Shown: in pieces, positions 12,680 to 23,062 of the stretch
Position numbering within the stretch: the stretch's first letter is position 1
How the letters are laid out: each line of letters begins with the position of its first letter
Assembly: GCA_965225945.1 (NCBI GenBank)
Contig: CBDDBZ010000038.1
Span: 64,001-128,000, forward strand
Direction: 5' to 3'
Length of the DNA stretch: 64,000 nucleotides
DNA from: Alphaproteobacteria bacterium
GTDB taxonomy: Bacteria > Pseudomonadota > Alphaproteobacteria > GCA-2731375
Made by a program: the position numbers and the translations under genes
Notes under the pieces: model-generated
What the model saw: only the letters and a program-made list of their open reading frames with translations
Databases searched by the model: none
What the model was told of the DNA's origin: nothing

Positions 12680-14130
12680 GGCGATGTCCCGCCCAATGTT
12701 GAAAAGTGCGAGATAGGCATCGTCTGATCGAGAGGCTACGCGGCCACCTCGATGTCTTCAATGACGGACTTTGCTCCGGCCTTTCTCACCGCCTCCCGCA
12801 GGGCGGCGTCAAGGACGGGGAGCTGGCGGTAGGCCTTGAGGCGGCGGAAGGTCTTTTGCGCCTCCAAGAGGCCGGCGGCGGTCCAACGCAGCGCCATCTC
12901 GGCGTTGCGCCAGCGCTTGACGTTCCGCTGCACCGTCCGGACGGTGCCGATCGCGTTCTCGATGGCGTTGGTGCAAGCCAGCGAGTGTCGAAGTTGCGGC
13001 GGGAGGCCGAGCCGGATCACGGTCAGGATCTCGTCCAGGCCCTCCAGGATCGAGCCCGAGACGCCGGGTGCGTCATGCTCCAGACGGCGGGCGAGGTTGC
13101 GCAAGAGCCGTTCGGCCTTGGCCGCGTCGTCCTGCTGCCAGGCCTGCCGCAAGACCTTCCTGACGCCGGCATGGAGGCTCTCGTCCAGCCGGTCCGTGAT
13201 GTTGCGCCCCTTGTGCACCTGGCAGCGCTGGAGGGCCGCCGCCCGCCCGAAGGTCCGCCGGATCGCCTTCGAGAGCGCCTTGGCGCCGTCGACGATGTAG
13301 AGCCGAGGCCGTTCGGGATCGAGACCGCGCTCGATCAGGTTGTCGAGCATGGCTTGCACCGTGGCCGCGTTCTCCGTCGCGCCCTCGGCCAGGCCCAGCA
13401 CGTGCTTCGCGCCGCCGGTGTCGATGCCGATCGCCGCCACCATCAGGTGATCGCCGACATGGAGCCCGTCGATCTGGAGCACCACGAGATCGAGATCGTC
13501 GAGCGGGCTCGCCAGCCAGGCCTTCAGCTTGCTTCGCGTCAACGCCACGAAACGGCGCGAGACCGCCGACTTCGAGGTTGCGTCACCCGATGCCGCCGGC
13601 AGATCGCCGCCCGCATCGTCCGGCAGGCGCACCGCGCGGGCATACTTGCGGGTCGAGACGTTGATCACCATCAGATTCATCGCCCAGGCTTGCAAGAGTT
13701 CGGGTTCCGACAGCAGCTCCCAACTCGGCAGGCTCATCTCCCGACCCGCGAAGTCCCGCACCCGAGGGCGCTCGACCTTCACTTTGCCGCCGTGGTAGGC
13801 GATCTCGCTCCGGGTCGTGCCCCATCGATGGCCCTTGCGCTCGCCCGAGCGGGCGTGGCGCGAACCGCACAAGGCTTCCGCGTCCGCCGACATCATCTCG
13901 TTCAAAGACTCGAGGCCCGCCAAAAGGCAGAAGCGATCGACGCTCATGCGCAGATCGTCGAAGGCCTCCGGCATCGATGGCAAGAGCCGACAGGATGGTT
14001 CCGAGGAACGGTCGTTGCGTGTAGTCTTGGTCATGGCGTCGTTCTCCTTGATGGAATCAGCACCCAGAGCCTAGCGGCTCCAGGCGGACGACGCCTACTT
14101 CAGCTTTTCAACAGAGCCCGGGACATCCCC
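12680..14130 (-). mobile_element. IS256-family insertion sequence
   Basis: IRs GATGTCCCG..GTTGAAAAG / CTTTTCAAC..CGGGACATC; 8-bp TSD GCTCCCTT at 12672-12679 and 14131-14138. Confidence 0.92.
12736..14034 (-). CDS. IS256-family transposase
   Basis: VLQIDG, LYIVDGAKAL, QRCQVHK, TNAIE (mutator-type DDE motifs). Confidence 0.92.
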   Translation of the reverse strand: MTKTTRNDRSSEPSCRLLPSMPEAFDDLRMSVDRFCLLAGLESLNEMMSADAEALCGSRHARSGERKGHRWGTTRSEIAYHGGKVKVERPRVRDFAGREMSLPSWELLSEPELLQAWAMNLMVINVSTRKYARAVRLPDDAGGDLPAASGDATSKSAVSRRFVALTRSKLKAWLASPLDDLDLVVLQIDGLHVGDHLMVAAIGIDTGGAKHVLGLAEGATENAATVQAMLDNLIERGLDPERPRLYIVDGAKALSKAIRRTFGRAAALQRCQVHKGRNITDRLDESLHAGVRKVLRQAWQQDDAAKAERLLRNLARRLEHDAPGVSGSILEGLDEILTVIRLGLPPQLRHSLACTNAIENAIGTVRTVQRNVKRWRNAEMALRWTAAGLLEAQKTFRRLKAYRQLPVLDAALREAVRKAGAKSVIEDIEVAA

Positions 14131-14193
14131 GCTCCCTTCGCTCCAGCCCCATTACAGGGCCTTCATCACGACTACGAAGCAGTCCGCCCCTAG

Positions 14194-14248
14194 TGGATAG
14201 AATCCAACATCTGGTACCCCTACGATCCCCTATCCTGGATTTTATCCA
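14194..14248. mobile_element. 55-bp miniature inverted-repeat insert or IS scar
   Basis: TGGATAGAATCCA...TGGATTTTATCCA (12/13 IR) flanked by CTAG on both sides. Confidence 0.65.
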
Positions 14249-14421
14249 CTAGCCGGCGCATCGGTACTTTCGGCCTCGTGGATTAGCCACTTGTGCTTTT
14301 TTTCCCTTGGCATCGCCGGTCAGGTTCTCACGTTCCGTACTAGAGCCTGGTTGAGCTTCGCGCCACCTACACGCCGGATGTCGCTCGGGCAGTATCAGGT
14401 CATTCCCCAAACTGATCCCGG

Positions 14422-14916
14422 ATCAATCCAGCAGTCACCTTCGGGGCATTCATCACCGGCAAGATCAGTTTGATAAAGGGGCTCATGTATGTGGTGGCCC
14501 AAATCGTCGGAGCCGTCGTCGGCGCCCTGTTGTTGGCGGCGGCTATACCAGAGGCTGCACAAGGCAACCTTGGTGCCCATGGCCTCGGTCCCGACGTCAC
14601 TGTGGGCGGCGGTATGATCGCCGAAATTGTTCTCACCTTTGTCCTGGTGTTCGTCGTCTTTGCGACGGCGATGGACCCAAAAGGGCTAGCTCATCTTGCG
14701 CCAATTGCGATCGGCATTGCCTTCCTGGTCGACCACCTCCTTGGCGTGCCCCTTACCGGCGCCTCGATGAACCCGGCCCGGAGCTTTGGTCCTGCCTTGA
14801 TCGCGGGAGCCTGGGAGAACCACTGGATCTTCTGGGTCGGTCCCTTGATCGGAGGTGGCGGGGCCACCCTGGTATACGAGCTCGTCTTTCTTCGCGGAAA
14901 CGAAACGGCCGAGTAA
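14422..14916 (+). pseudogene. Aquaporin (MIP family), 5'-truncated
   Basis: In-frame INPAVTFG (first NPA) at 14422 abuts intron sequence; second motif GASMNPARSFGPA; N-terminal helices absent. Confidence 0.85.
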
Positions 14917-14987
14917 GGGTCTATGAGCGCCGCCGACGAGGACCGCCGACGAGGACCAGGGAATAGCCCCGCGCGAGCTTTAGATTT

Positions 14988-16012
14988 GGCTCAATTCGTG
15001 AATTGTATGCGTCACCTTGTTACGGCGGCGGCGAGGCAGGCTCGGTCATTGGCGCCGGGGGCGAGGCCGACGAGGTGGAACCAGCTCAGGTAGTTGTCCA
15101 GATAGCGGGTGGCGATGCCGCGGCGGGGACGCAGGAAGTCCTTCAACCGGCTGTGGCGGCTGTTCACCGTCTGCACATGCAGATCGCCCCGAACCCGTTC
15201 CCCCATCGAGCGGTTGAGTGCTTCGTGGCTCACCCCGAGCGCGGCGGCGCACGGTGGGTAGCTCGCGCCGCCGTCGGAGACCAGCAGGGCGTCCTTCGCG
15301 ACCACCGGGTCGAGGGCAGCCGTGAGCGCCGCCGCATCGACCCTGGGCAGCACCGCGCTGACCGTCGTTCCGCTCCGGTCCGCCGCCATGAGAACCGGTA
15401 CCTGCTCGCGCGAGAGGCCGCGCTTCTTCGCCTTGCCGCCCCGCCGCCGTGCCTTGCGCCCCAGCCCGCGCGCGCCCTTCCGGCTCTCCAGGACGTAGGT
15501 CTCGTCCGCTTCCACGATCCCCTTGAGCACCTCCGAATCGCTCCGCGCCGCCGCCAGAAACCGGTGACGCCAGCGGAACGCCGTGCTCACCGCCACGTCG
15601 CAGCGCGCCGCCGACGCCTTCACCGTCTCCCCCTTCGCCAGCGACGCCCCGAACGACAGCCAGCGTTCCTTGTGGTGCAAGCCCGACAGCGGCGTACCGC
15701 TCAGCGCGTTGAAGGTCCTGCCGCAGCCCTTGCACTGGTAGCGCCGCAGACCCCGCGCCATACCGCGCGAAACCGCCCCTTCGCTCGCGCAGTGCGGACA
15801 GCGCCGGGCCTCGTCCACACCAAGCTCGATCGCGGCCTTCGATGCCTCGCCCTCGCTCCGGCCCGACAGCACCGCGAGCGCCTCGCGCCGCTGCGCGCGC
15901 GTCAGCCCGCGCGCCGCCGAAAGCCACACCTGGAAACCCTTGCCGTCCATAACCCAACCTCCTGACGTTCCAGGCACTCTATCACTAATGCATACAATTC
16001 ACGAATTGAGCC
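14988..16012 (-). mobile_element. IS1595-family insertion sequence
   Basis: Perfect 23-bp IR GGCTCAATTCGTGAATTGTATGC; 8-bp TSD TTAGATTT at 14980-14987 and 16013-16020. Confidence 0.93.
15012..15950 (-). CDS. IS1595-family transposase
   Basis: Zn ribbon CPHC..CKGC, VEADETY, LVSDG, HVQTVNSRHSRLK, YLDNYL. Confidence 0.9.
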   Translation of the reverse strand: MDGKGFQVWLSAARGLTRAQRREALAVLSGRSEGEASKAAIELGVDEARRCPHCASEGAVSRGMARGLRRYQCKGCGRTFNALSGTPLSGLHHKERWLSFGASLAKGETVKASAARCDVAVSTAFRWRHRFLAAARSDSEVLKGIVEADETYVLESRKGARGLGRKARRRGGKAKKRGLSREQVPVLMAADRSGTTVSAVLPRVDAAALTAALDPVVAKDALLVSDGGASYPPCAAALGVSHEALNRSMGERVRGDLHVQTVNSRHSRLKDFLRPRRGIATRYLDNYLSWFHLVGLAPGANDRACLAAAVTR

Positions 16013-16081
16013 TTAGATTTTGCCTCGATACCGGCCTCGTTTGGGTCGTTCCGTCGACCCAGGCTACGGGTCGAGTGCGCT

Positions 16082-16368
16082 TTGCGGTCGACCGCCGCGG
16101 GCGAGACCGGGCATGCGCACGGCCTTCTCGACTTCCTCGCCGAGGTCGGTGACCCGGTGACGGGCAAGGCGATAGGCACGACCGCCGACGACCTCGAGAC
16201 GGCGATCACCAGTGAGACGCACGATTACACCGACATGTACCCTGGCATGGCGCGCGCCGCGCGCGACGAGGGGTTCGACGAGAGCGCCGAGGGGTTCGAG
16301 ACCCTGGCGAAGGCGGAGAAGTCGCACGCCAGGCGCTTCCAGAAGGCGCTCGACACGCTCGATCAAGC
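16082..16368 (+). pseudogene. Rubrerythrin remnant, 5'-truncated
   Basis: [53 protein letters not shown]; no N-terminus, native stop apparently lost. Confidence 0.8.
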
Positions 16369-16837
16369 GTACCCTTTACGGGGTTGCCCTGTGCGGGCAC
16401 CGAAGGGTTTGGGCGCACCGGCTTTGAAGGCGCCGAGACTGCCCATGTCCGTGCTCCCTGGATGGCGGAAAATCTGGACAAATGGCCCACCAAACGAGGG
16501 CCGATCTCCAAAATTAGGCCATCGAACTCATCTTGAGCGGCCAGCCGATCCTCCAGTCGGGTTGAGCAGTTACTCGATGTTTTCGTGCAACTGGAGCACC
16601 AAGCCATCGACCCGTCCGCCCGAGCGCTTGATTAGCGAAGCGTATTCCGAACGCAGTTGTGAGCGCCATGCCGACACCCTCGGCGCCGCCGATGATGCGG
16701 ATACGGGAGCGTTCGTTCATCGGCCCGTAGTTACGATCAAGCCACCGGCGCGGTCAAACACAAAGATGGGCTGGCCGGCGGTATTCGGGGCGGCGGGGGC
16801 CAGATTCCACTCCGGGGCCGGAATCGCGGCCGGAAAC

Positions 16838-18417
16838 CTCACCACCCATCAATTTCTCCAGACTTCCCAGAGGGGCGGGAGGGGGATGAGTCGCTGGAGG
16901 CAGGTCTGGATGCGGCGGATGCCACGTTTGAACAGCGATGTCAGGCTGCGTAGCAGGTTGCGGGGTCGCTTTTCCGGCGGTTTTTTCGCCCGGGGTGGCC
17001 TTGTTGACCACGTCCCACATGCCGACGGACACGGCCCAGAACAGCGCCAGCGCCATGACCAGGATAAGGCGACCCAAGCGGTCGGTGCGTTGGATGTGGC
17101 TGTCCTCAATACCGAAGCCTCGGGTTTTGAAGTCGGAGAACATGGGTTCAATGCCCCACCGGAGCCCGTAATCGAAGGCCCGATGTTTGGTGGGGGCTTC
17201 GGACAGCGCGATGATCCAGGGCTCCGGGTGGCCCGCCTCGTGCACCATGGCGACGTTGGTGGCGACCCGCTTCTCGGTGAGGTCGATGCCGGTGAGCATG
17301 TGCTCGCCCCGGGCGAAACACTCGGCCAGGGTGGTCTCCCCACCGTCCTCGAACACCAACAGGTGCTGCTTGAGCCGCAAGCGCCAGTCCCAGCCCTGGT
17401 CCCGGCACCAGGCGATCAAGGCGGGCGAACCGTAGAAACGGTCGCCCATCAGCACAGGCTTGGCGCTGGCGGGCAGCAACGCCACGACCGCCTCCAATGC
17501 CTCGCGCTGCTCGCCAAAGCCGATCGCCCCTCGGGTCTCCTTGATCCGCCATGACAGCGGCAACGCCCGCCCGGCGATCCGCACCGCCACCATCACCGCC
17601 TGATGGCGGGCCGTCAACTGGGTCTGGTCCATGATCAGGACAATTTGTTGCCCGCCTGCCCCGACCCGCGCCAGAACGTCGCGTCCGTAAGGCGCCATCA
17701 CCGCGTCGACCTCGATCAAGTCGTTGCCCAAAAGCCGGCTGATCCACTGATAGCGCATGTCCAGCCGTTCTGCCGCACGCGGCAGGCGCGCGGCAGGGAC
17801 GCCGCCAAGTCCATCAGGTTCTCTGCCGCGCGCGGCAGGCCATCAGGTTCTCTGCCGCGCGCGGCAGGTCCATCAGGTTCTCTGCCGCGCGCGGCAGGGA
17901 CGCCGCCAAGTCCATCAGGTTCGCGGTCCAGCATCGTCGCCACCAAAAGCGACAGTCCCTCGCGCTGCTTCTTGTTCTGCCCGGCAAGACGTCAGCATCT
18001 CGATACCAACCAACTCCGCCTGTCGGATCATCAAGTTCTCTGCCGCGCGCGGCAGGTCCATCAGGTTCTCTGCCGCGCGCGGCAGGCGCGATCACGCCGC
18101 CAAGTCCATCAGGTTGCGGGGCAGGTGACGCTCTGCCGCGCCGGCAACGTCAGCGAGGTGAGGCTCCAGCATCGTCGCCGCGGCAGGGAAAGTCCATCAG
18201 GTTCGCGCTCCGAACGTCCAGCATCGTCGCCACCAAAAGCGACAGTCCCTCGCGCTGCTTCTTGTTCTGCCCGGCAAGACGCCCCAGCATGTCCTCACCG
18301 ATCGTCCCCGACAGCATCTCGATACCAACCATCCGTCGAACTCCGCCTGTGAAAAGGGCGGATTCCTTGAATCACATCAAGATTCTACAAGGCAAGCAAA
18401 ATCTGATGGGTGGTAAG
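16838..18417 (-). mobile_element. IS4-family element with a disrupted transposase (16849-18332)
   Basis: IRs CTCACCACCCATCA / TGATGGGTGGTAAG; TSD GCCGGAAAC at 16829-16837 and 18418-18426; motifs IMDQT, MGDRFYG, YGLRWGIEPMFSDFK; frameshift in the A-run near 16985; scrambled 5' part. Confidence 0.85.
17760..18215. repeat. Irregular reiterations of transposase 5' coding segments
   Basis: GTCCATCAGGTTCTCTGCCGCGCGCGGCAG repeated several times; the CAGCATCGTCGCCACCAAAAGCGACAGTCCC block is present twice (~17930 and ~18219). Confidence 0.8.
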
Positions 18418-18435
18418 GCCGGAAACCCCCGCCGC

Positions 18436-18464
18436 TTGACTTGCCGGGACAGCGGGGCCATAGT
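18436..18464 (+). promoter_or_regulatory. Putative sigma-70 promoter of the TPR-methyltransferase gene
   Basis: TTGACT-N17-CATAGT. Confidence 0.4.
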
Positions 18465-20332
18465 TGTGATTCGGCCCGAACCACTAGCGCCCACTCGGGA
18501 GCCCCGAATTGCCCGCTGCCCCGTCCGCCGGTCCCCACGCATCCTGGCTGGCCGGGGCGATGATCCAGGCGGCGCAACTGCACCGCGGGGGCCGTCTGGC
18601 CGAGGCGATCGCCGTTTACCGCCGGGTGATCAAGGCAACGCCGAAGACGGCGGAGGCGCACGACAACCTGGCCGTCGCCCTGCGCGCCGCCAGGCGGCCG
18701 CGGGAGGCGGTCGCCAGCTATCGCCGCGCCGTCAAGCTGCGCCCCCTACGCCATCGCCCAGTCCAACCTGGGGGCGCTGCTGGTCGGGCTGGGCAAGACC
18801 GAAGAGGGACTGGAGCACCTTGCCGGCGCCTATATGCATGCCGCCGGCGGCCCGGTGGCGCGCGATCGCCTGCTCGCCAACCTGGCGCCGCTGGCGCTGC
18901 CGCGCGCCGGTTCGCGGCTGCGCCGCGCCCTGGAGCGCCTGGCCGCCGATCCGGAGATCGACCCGCAGCGCCTGGCCCAACCCGGCGTCGCCCTGTTGCG
19001 GCGGCAGCCACCGGTGGCGAAGCTGCTGGAGCAACTGGCGGCGGACAGCACCGCCGCGCTGGTCGCCGGGACGCTGCCGCGCGGCCTCTATGAGGCGCTC
19101 GCCGCACCCTTGCCGCTCGTGCTGCTGAGCGACGCGCTGATCGCCGATGCCGGGATCGAGGCGCTGCTGGTGGCGCTGCGGCGACTGTGGCTGGCGCAGG
19201 CCTGCGGCGCCGCGGACGGAGCGCCGCCGCCGCACGGGCTGTTCGCCGCCGTCGCGTTGCAGGCGGCGGCCGGCGAGTGGGTCTGGCCGGAAAGCGCGCC
19301 GGAGCGTGACCAGGTGGACCTGCTGGCCGGGCGCCTGGCCGCCCGTGGCGGGAACGCGGCGCTCGACGAGACGCTGCTCGCCCATGCCCTCTACCGACCG
19401 CTGGAGACCCTGCCGGAGGCGCAGACAGCGGCGCTGCGCGAGCTGGGCGGGACATTGCCGGCGGGACCGGCCCGCGATCTGCTCGCGCGCCACCTGACGG
19501 AGCCGCGCGAGGAGGCCACCCTAGCCGCCGCGCTGCCGCGGCTGACCGAGGTCGCTGACGCCACTTCGCGGCGGGTGCAGGCGCAGTACGAGGAGAACGC
19601 CTACCCGCGCTGGCGGCGGCTGACCCGGCGCCCGGCGCGGCCGCTGGCCGAGGTGCTGCGTGAACAGTTGCCGGGCGCGCCGCTGGCGGTGCCGCTGGCC
19701 GAGGCGCCCCGCGTGCTGGTCGCCGGCTGCGGCACCGGCCACCACGCGCTGGCCACCGCCACCCGCTTTGCCGGCGCCCGGGTGCTGGCAATCGACCTCA
19801 GCCGCGCCGCGCTCGGCTTCGCCGCCCGCCAGGCGCGCGACCTCGGTATCGGGGGTATCGAGTTCGCGCAGGCCGATATCCTCGGCCTCGCGGCGCTGGA
19901 GCAGCGCTTCGACCTGATCGAATGCTCCGGCTGTCGGTGGCGATGAAAAACCGCGCTTAGATGGTGATTTCAGCGACATCGGGCATCGTGGCGCTGTAGC
20001 TGCGTGGTTTGCAGGCGGGAGTTGGCTCGGCGCAGCGGTGGGTAAGTAGCCCGCCGCAGCGACCGCCAAGAGTCTGGCGGCGGCGGGCTGCTTATCCACC
20101 GCGGGCGGGCGTCTCGATTCCTGTTTTGGCTGGCTGGCGGCGGCGGTTCCGCGGACCTGACAAGGGGAGCCGCGGGAGTACACTCGGGCCGCTGAGAACG
20201 ATGCGGCGCCGGCCCCGTTTGCTTGCTGGCAACGACCGGCACCGCACCCCCCGAGCCATGCAAGGCACGACCCATATGCGCAGTATCGTGCGGGTTTGGG
20301 CGTGGGTCCACCCCGTTCTCATCGGCTGCGCG

Positions 20333-20773
20333 ATGAAGAACACCGCCCGCCTGTTCAACTGCGCCTCGTGCCATCAACAGGTGGTTCTCTGCCGGCACTG
20401 CGACCACGGCAACATCTACTGTTCACGGAGCTGCAGCGATCGGGTGCGCCGGCGATCGCAGCGCCATGCCGGGCAGCGCTACCAGAACAGCCGGCGGGGC
20501 CGTCACAAGCATGCTGAGCGCCAGCGGCGCTATCGCGAACGCCGGCGGCGCCGGACGCCGGTGAATCGGCGCCGCGGGCAGGAAGTGACGCATCACCCTT
20601 TGACCGCCGCGCGGCGGCGTCCTGTTGTGGCGCGGACGCCGGCAGGGCGTCCCGGAACACGGCCCTTCGGGCACGAGCGGCCCGCCAGGGTCTTCCGCTG
20701 CGATCGCTGCGGCCGGTTCTGCGGGCAGGCGGTCTATCCGGGGCTGCGCCCGACGGGAAAGGGGGTGAGATGA
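20333..20773 (+). CDS. Cys-rich, Arg-rich putative zinc-finger protein
   Basis: CASC..CRHC..YCSRSC, basic tract [13 protein letters not shown]-terminal CDRC; stop overlaps istA start (ATGA). Confidence 0.7.
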   Translation: MKNTARLFNCASCHQQVVLCRHCDHGNIYCSRSCSDRVRRRSQRHAGQRYQNSRRGRHKHAERQRRYRERRRRRTPVNRRRGQEVTHHPLTAARRRPVVARTPAGRPGTRPFGHERPARVFRCDRCGRFCGQAVYPGLRPTGKGVR

Positions 20774-22275
20774 CCATCGACAAGGAGACCCGCGCGGAGA
20801 TCCTGCGCCTGTATCACGTCGAGAAGTGGACGGTCGGCACGATCACACGCCAGCTCGGCGTGCATCGCTACACCGTCGAGCGCCTCCTCACCGCGGCCGG
20901 CGAGCCCCGGGACGCGAGGTCGCCCAGGCCGTCGATGATCGATCCATACGTGCCGTTCATCGCCGAGACGCTGGCATCCTGGCCGACGCTGCCCGCCAGC
21001 CGGCTCTACCAGATGGTGCGCGAACGCGGCTATCCGGGCGGCGGCGACCACTTCCGTCATCTGCTCAGCCACTTCAGGCCCAGGCCCGTGGCCGAGGCCT
21101 ATCTGCGCCTCAAGACCCTTCCCGGCGAGCAGGCCCAGGTCGACTGGGGACACTTCGGCAAGGTGACGATCGGCCGCGCGGAGCGCCGCCTGATGGGCTT
21201 CGTGATGGTTCTCAGCTACTCGCGGCGGATCTTCCTGCGCTTCTACCTCGACGCCGGGATGAGCAACTTCCTGCGCGGCCATGTCGAAGCCTTCGAGGCG
21301 TGGCAGGGCGTGCCCCGCGAGCTCTGGTACGACAACCTGAAGAGCGTCGTGCTGGAGCGCCGCGGCGCCGCCATCCGGTTCAATCCCCGGATCCTCGACC
21401 TCGCCGGCCACTACCACTTCCTGCCCAAGCCCGTCGCGGTCGCGCGCGGCAACGAGAAGGGGCGCGTGGAGCGGGCGATTCGCTATGTCCGGACCAGCTT
21501 CTTCGCCGCCCGCCGGTGGCGCGATATCGACGATCTCAACGCCCAGGCCCTGGCCTGGTGCCACGGCATCGCCGCCGACCGCCCCTGGCCCGAAGACCGC
21601 TCGATCACCGTGCGCGAGGCCTTCGAGCGGGAACGCGGCTCTCTCATCGCGCTGCCCGGCGATCCCTTCCCCGACCACGACCGGGTCGAGGTCGCCATCG
21701 GCAAGACCCCCTACGCCCGCTTCGATCTCAACGATTACAGCGTGCCGCACACCCATGTGCGGCGCACCCTCGTCGTGGTCGCGACGCTCGACGAGGTGCG
21801 CATCCTCGACGGTGTGGACGTCATCGCCAGCCATCCGCGCAGCTTCGACAAGGCGGCCCGCATCGAGAACCCCGAGCACATCGCCGAGCTGGTCAGGCGC
21901 AAGAGCCATGCCCGCCGCCTTCGCGGCCAGGACCGGCTGGTCCAGGCCGCGCCCAACAGCGAGCGCCTGCTCGCCGAGGCCGCCCAGCGCGGCGGCTATA
22001 TAGGCGCCACCGTCGCCGCCCTGTTGCGCCTCCTCGACGCCTACGGCGCCGCCGAGCTCGAGGCGGCCATCGACGAGGCCCTGAAGCGGGACGTTCCCCA
22101 TCCCAACGCCGTGCGCCTGAGCCTGACCCGGCGGCGCGAGCTGCGGCACCAACCCCCGCCCATCCCCGTCGAACTGCCCGGCGATCCGAGAGTGCGCGAC
22201 ATCACTGTCCGCGATCACGACCTCGTCGGATACGACGGGCTGGCCGGCGAACCCGAGGAGGACAGCGAGCAATGA
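20770..22275 (+). CDS. istA: IS21 transposase IstA
   Basis: N-terminal [27 protein letters not shown]. Confidence 0.93.
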   Translation: MTIDKETRAEILRLYHVEKWTVGTITRQLGVHRYTVERLLTAAGEPRDARSPRPSMIDPYVPFIAETLASWPTLPASRLYQMVRERGYPGGGDHFRHLLSHFRPRPVAEAYLRLKTLPGEQAQVDWGHFGKVTIGRAERRLMGFVMVLSYSRRIFLRFYLDAGMSNFLRGHVEAFEAWQGVPRELWYDNLKSVVLERRGAAIRFNPRILDLAGHYHFLPKPVAVARGNEKGRVERAIRYVRTSFFAARRWRDIDDLNAQALAWCHGIAADRPWPEDRSITVREAFERERGSLIALPGDPFPDHDRVEVAIGKTPYARFDLNDYSVPHTHVRRTLVVVATLDEVRILDGVDVIASHPRSFDKAARIENPEHIAELVRRKSHARRLRGQDRLVQAAPNSERLLAEAAQRGGYIGATVAALLRLLDAYGAAELEAAIDEALKRDVPHPNAVRLSLTRRRELRHQPPPIPVELPGDPRVRDITVRDHDLVGYDGLAGEPEEDSEQ

Positions 22276-23060
22276 ACGATACCCTCATGGGCCGTGCCCG
22301 GGCGCTCGGCCTGCACGGCCTCGCCGCCCACTGGGGCGAGGTCGCCGGGCATGACTGGCCCGCTGCGCTGGTCGCCTGGGAAGAGGAGGAACGGCGAAGC
22401 CGCAGCCTCAAGCGCCGCCTCGGCGACGCCCGCCTCGGACAGTTCAAGCCGCTCGCCGACTTCGACTGGGCATGGCCGCGCCGCTGCGACCGCATGGCCG
22501 TCGAGGATCTCATGAGCCTCGAGTTCCTCAACGAGGCCGCCAACGTCGTCCTGGTCGGCCCAAACGGCGTCGGCAAGTCGACCATCGCCGCCAATATCGC
22601 CCACCGCGCCGTCCTCGAGGGCCACACCGTGCGCTTCGCCACCGCGGCCAGCATGCTCGGCGAGCTCGCCGCCCTCGACAGCGACACCCTGCTTCAGCGC
22701 AGGCTGCGCTTCTACGCCCGCCAGCACCTGCTGGTGATCGACGAGGTCGGATACCTGTCCTACAGCAACCGCCATGCCGATCTGCTGTTCAACATCGTCT
22801 CCAGCCGCAGCCAGCAGAACTCCACCATAATCACCACCAACCGGCCCTTCGCCGAGTGGGGTGAGGCCTTCCCCAACGCCGCCTGCCTCGTCGCCCTGGT
22901 CGACCGCCTCGTCCACAACGCCGAGATCATCGCCATCGACGCCGAGTCCTGGCGCCGCAAGGAGGCCGAGGAACGCCAGAAGCAGCGCAGCGCCGAGCGC
23001 CGCCGGCGGCGAGCCGGCAAGGCCGGCGCGCAGGACCGCGGGGAACCGCCGCCGGCGTAG
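22272..23060 (+). CDS. istB: IS21 helper ATPase IstB
   Basis: LADFDW, Walker A GPNGVGKS, Walker [20 protein letters not shown]; ATGA overlap with istA. Confidence 0.93.
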   Translation: MNDTLMGRARALGLHGLAAHWGEVAGHDWPAALVAWEEEERRSRSLKRRLGDARLGQFKPLADFDWAWPRRCDRMAVEDLMSLEFLNEAANVVLVGPNGVGKSTIAANIAHRAVLEGHTVRFATAASMLGELAALDSDTLLQRRLRFYARQHLLVIDEVGYLSYSNRHADLLFNIVSSRSQQNSTIITTNRPFAEWGEAFPNAACLVALVDRLVHNAEIIAIDAESWRRKEAEERQKQRSAERRRRRAGKAGAQDRGEPPPA

Positions 23061-23062
23061 CC

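Larger units (their letters stand above)
12627..14421 (-). ncRNA. Group II intron ribozyme remnant (5' domains, no RT ORF), interrupted by IS256 and a 55-bp insert
   Basis: With the inserts removed it reads CCGGTTGACC..CTCCCTTCGCTCCAGCCCCATTACAGGGCCTTCATCAC..GCATCGGTACT..AGGTTCTCACGTTCCGTAC..AGCCTGGTTGAGCTTCGCGCCACCTACACGCCGGATG, which I recognise as the antisense of bacterial group II intron 5' domains. Confidence 0.7.

Noticed and set aside
16082-17554. 490-aa rubrerythrin fusion protein
   Set aside because: Read-through after a lost stop into intergenic DNA and the antisense strand of the IS4 transposase
17780-18200. CRISPR-like ~30-bp repeats
   Set aside because: No unique, regularly sized spacers; the units derive from the IS4 transposase coding sequence; no cas genes in the window
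20826-23060. 744-aa ORF as an extended IstB
   Set aside because: The upstream part is an Arg/Pro-rich alternative frame of istA; IstB starts at 22272
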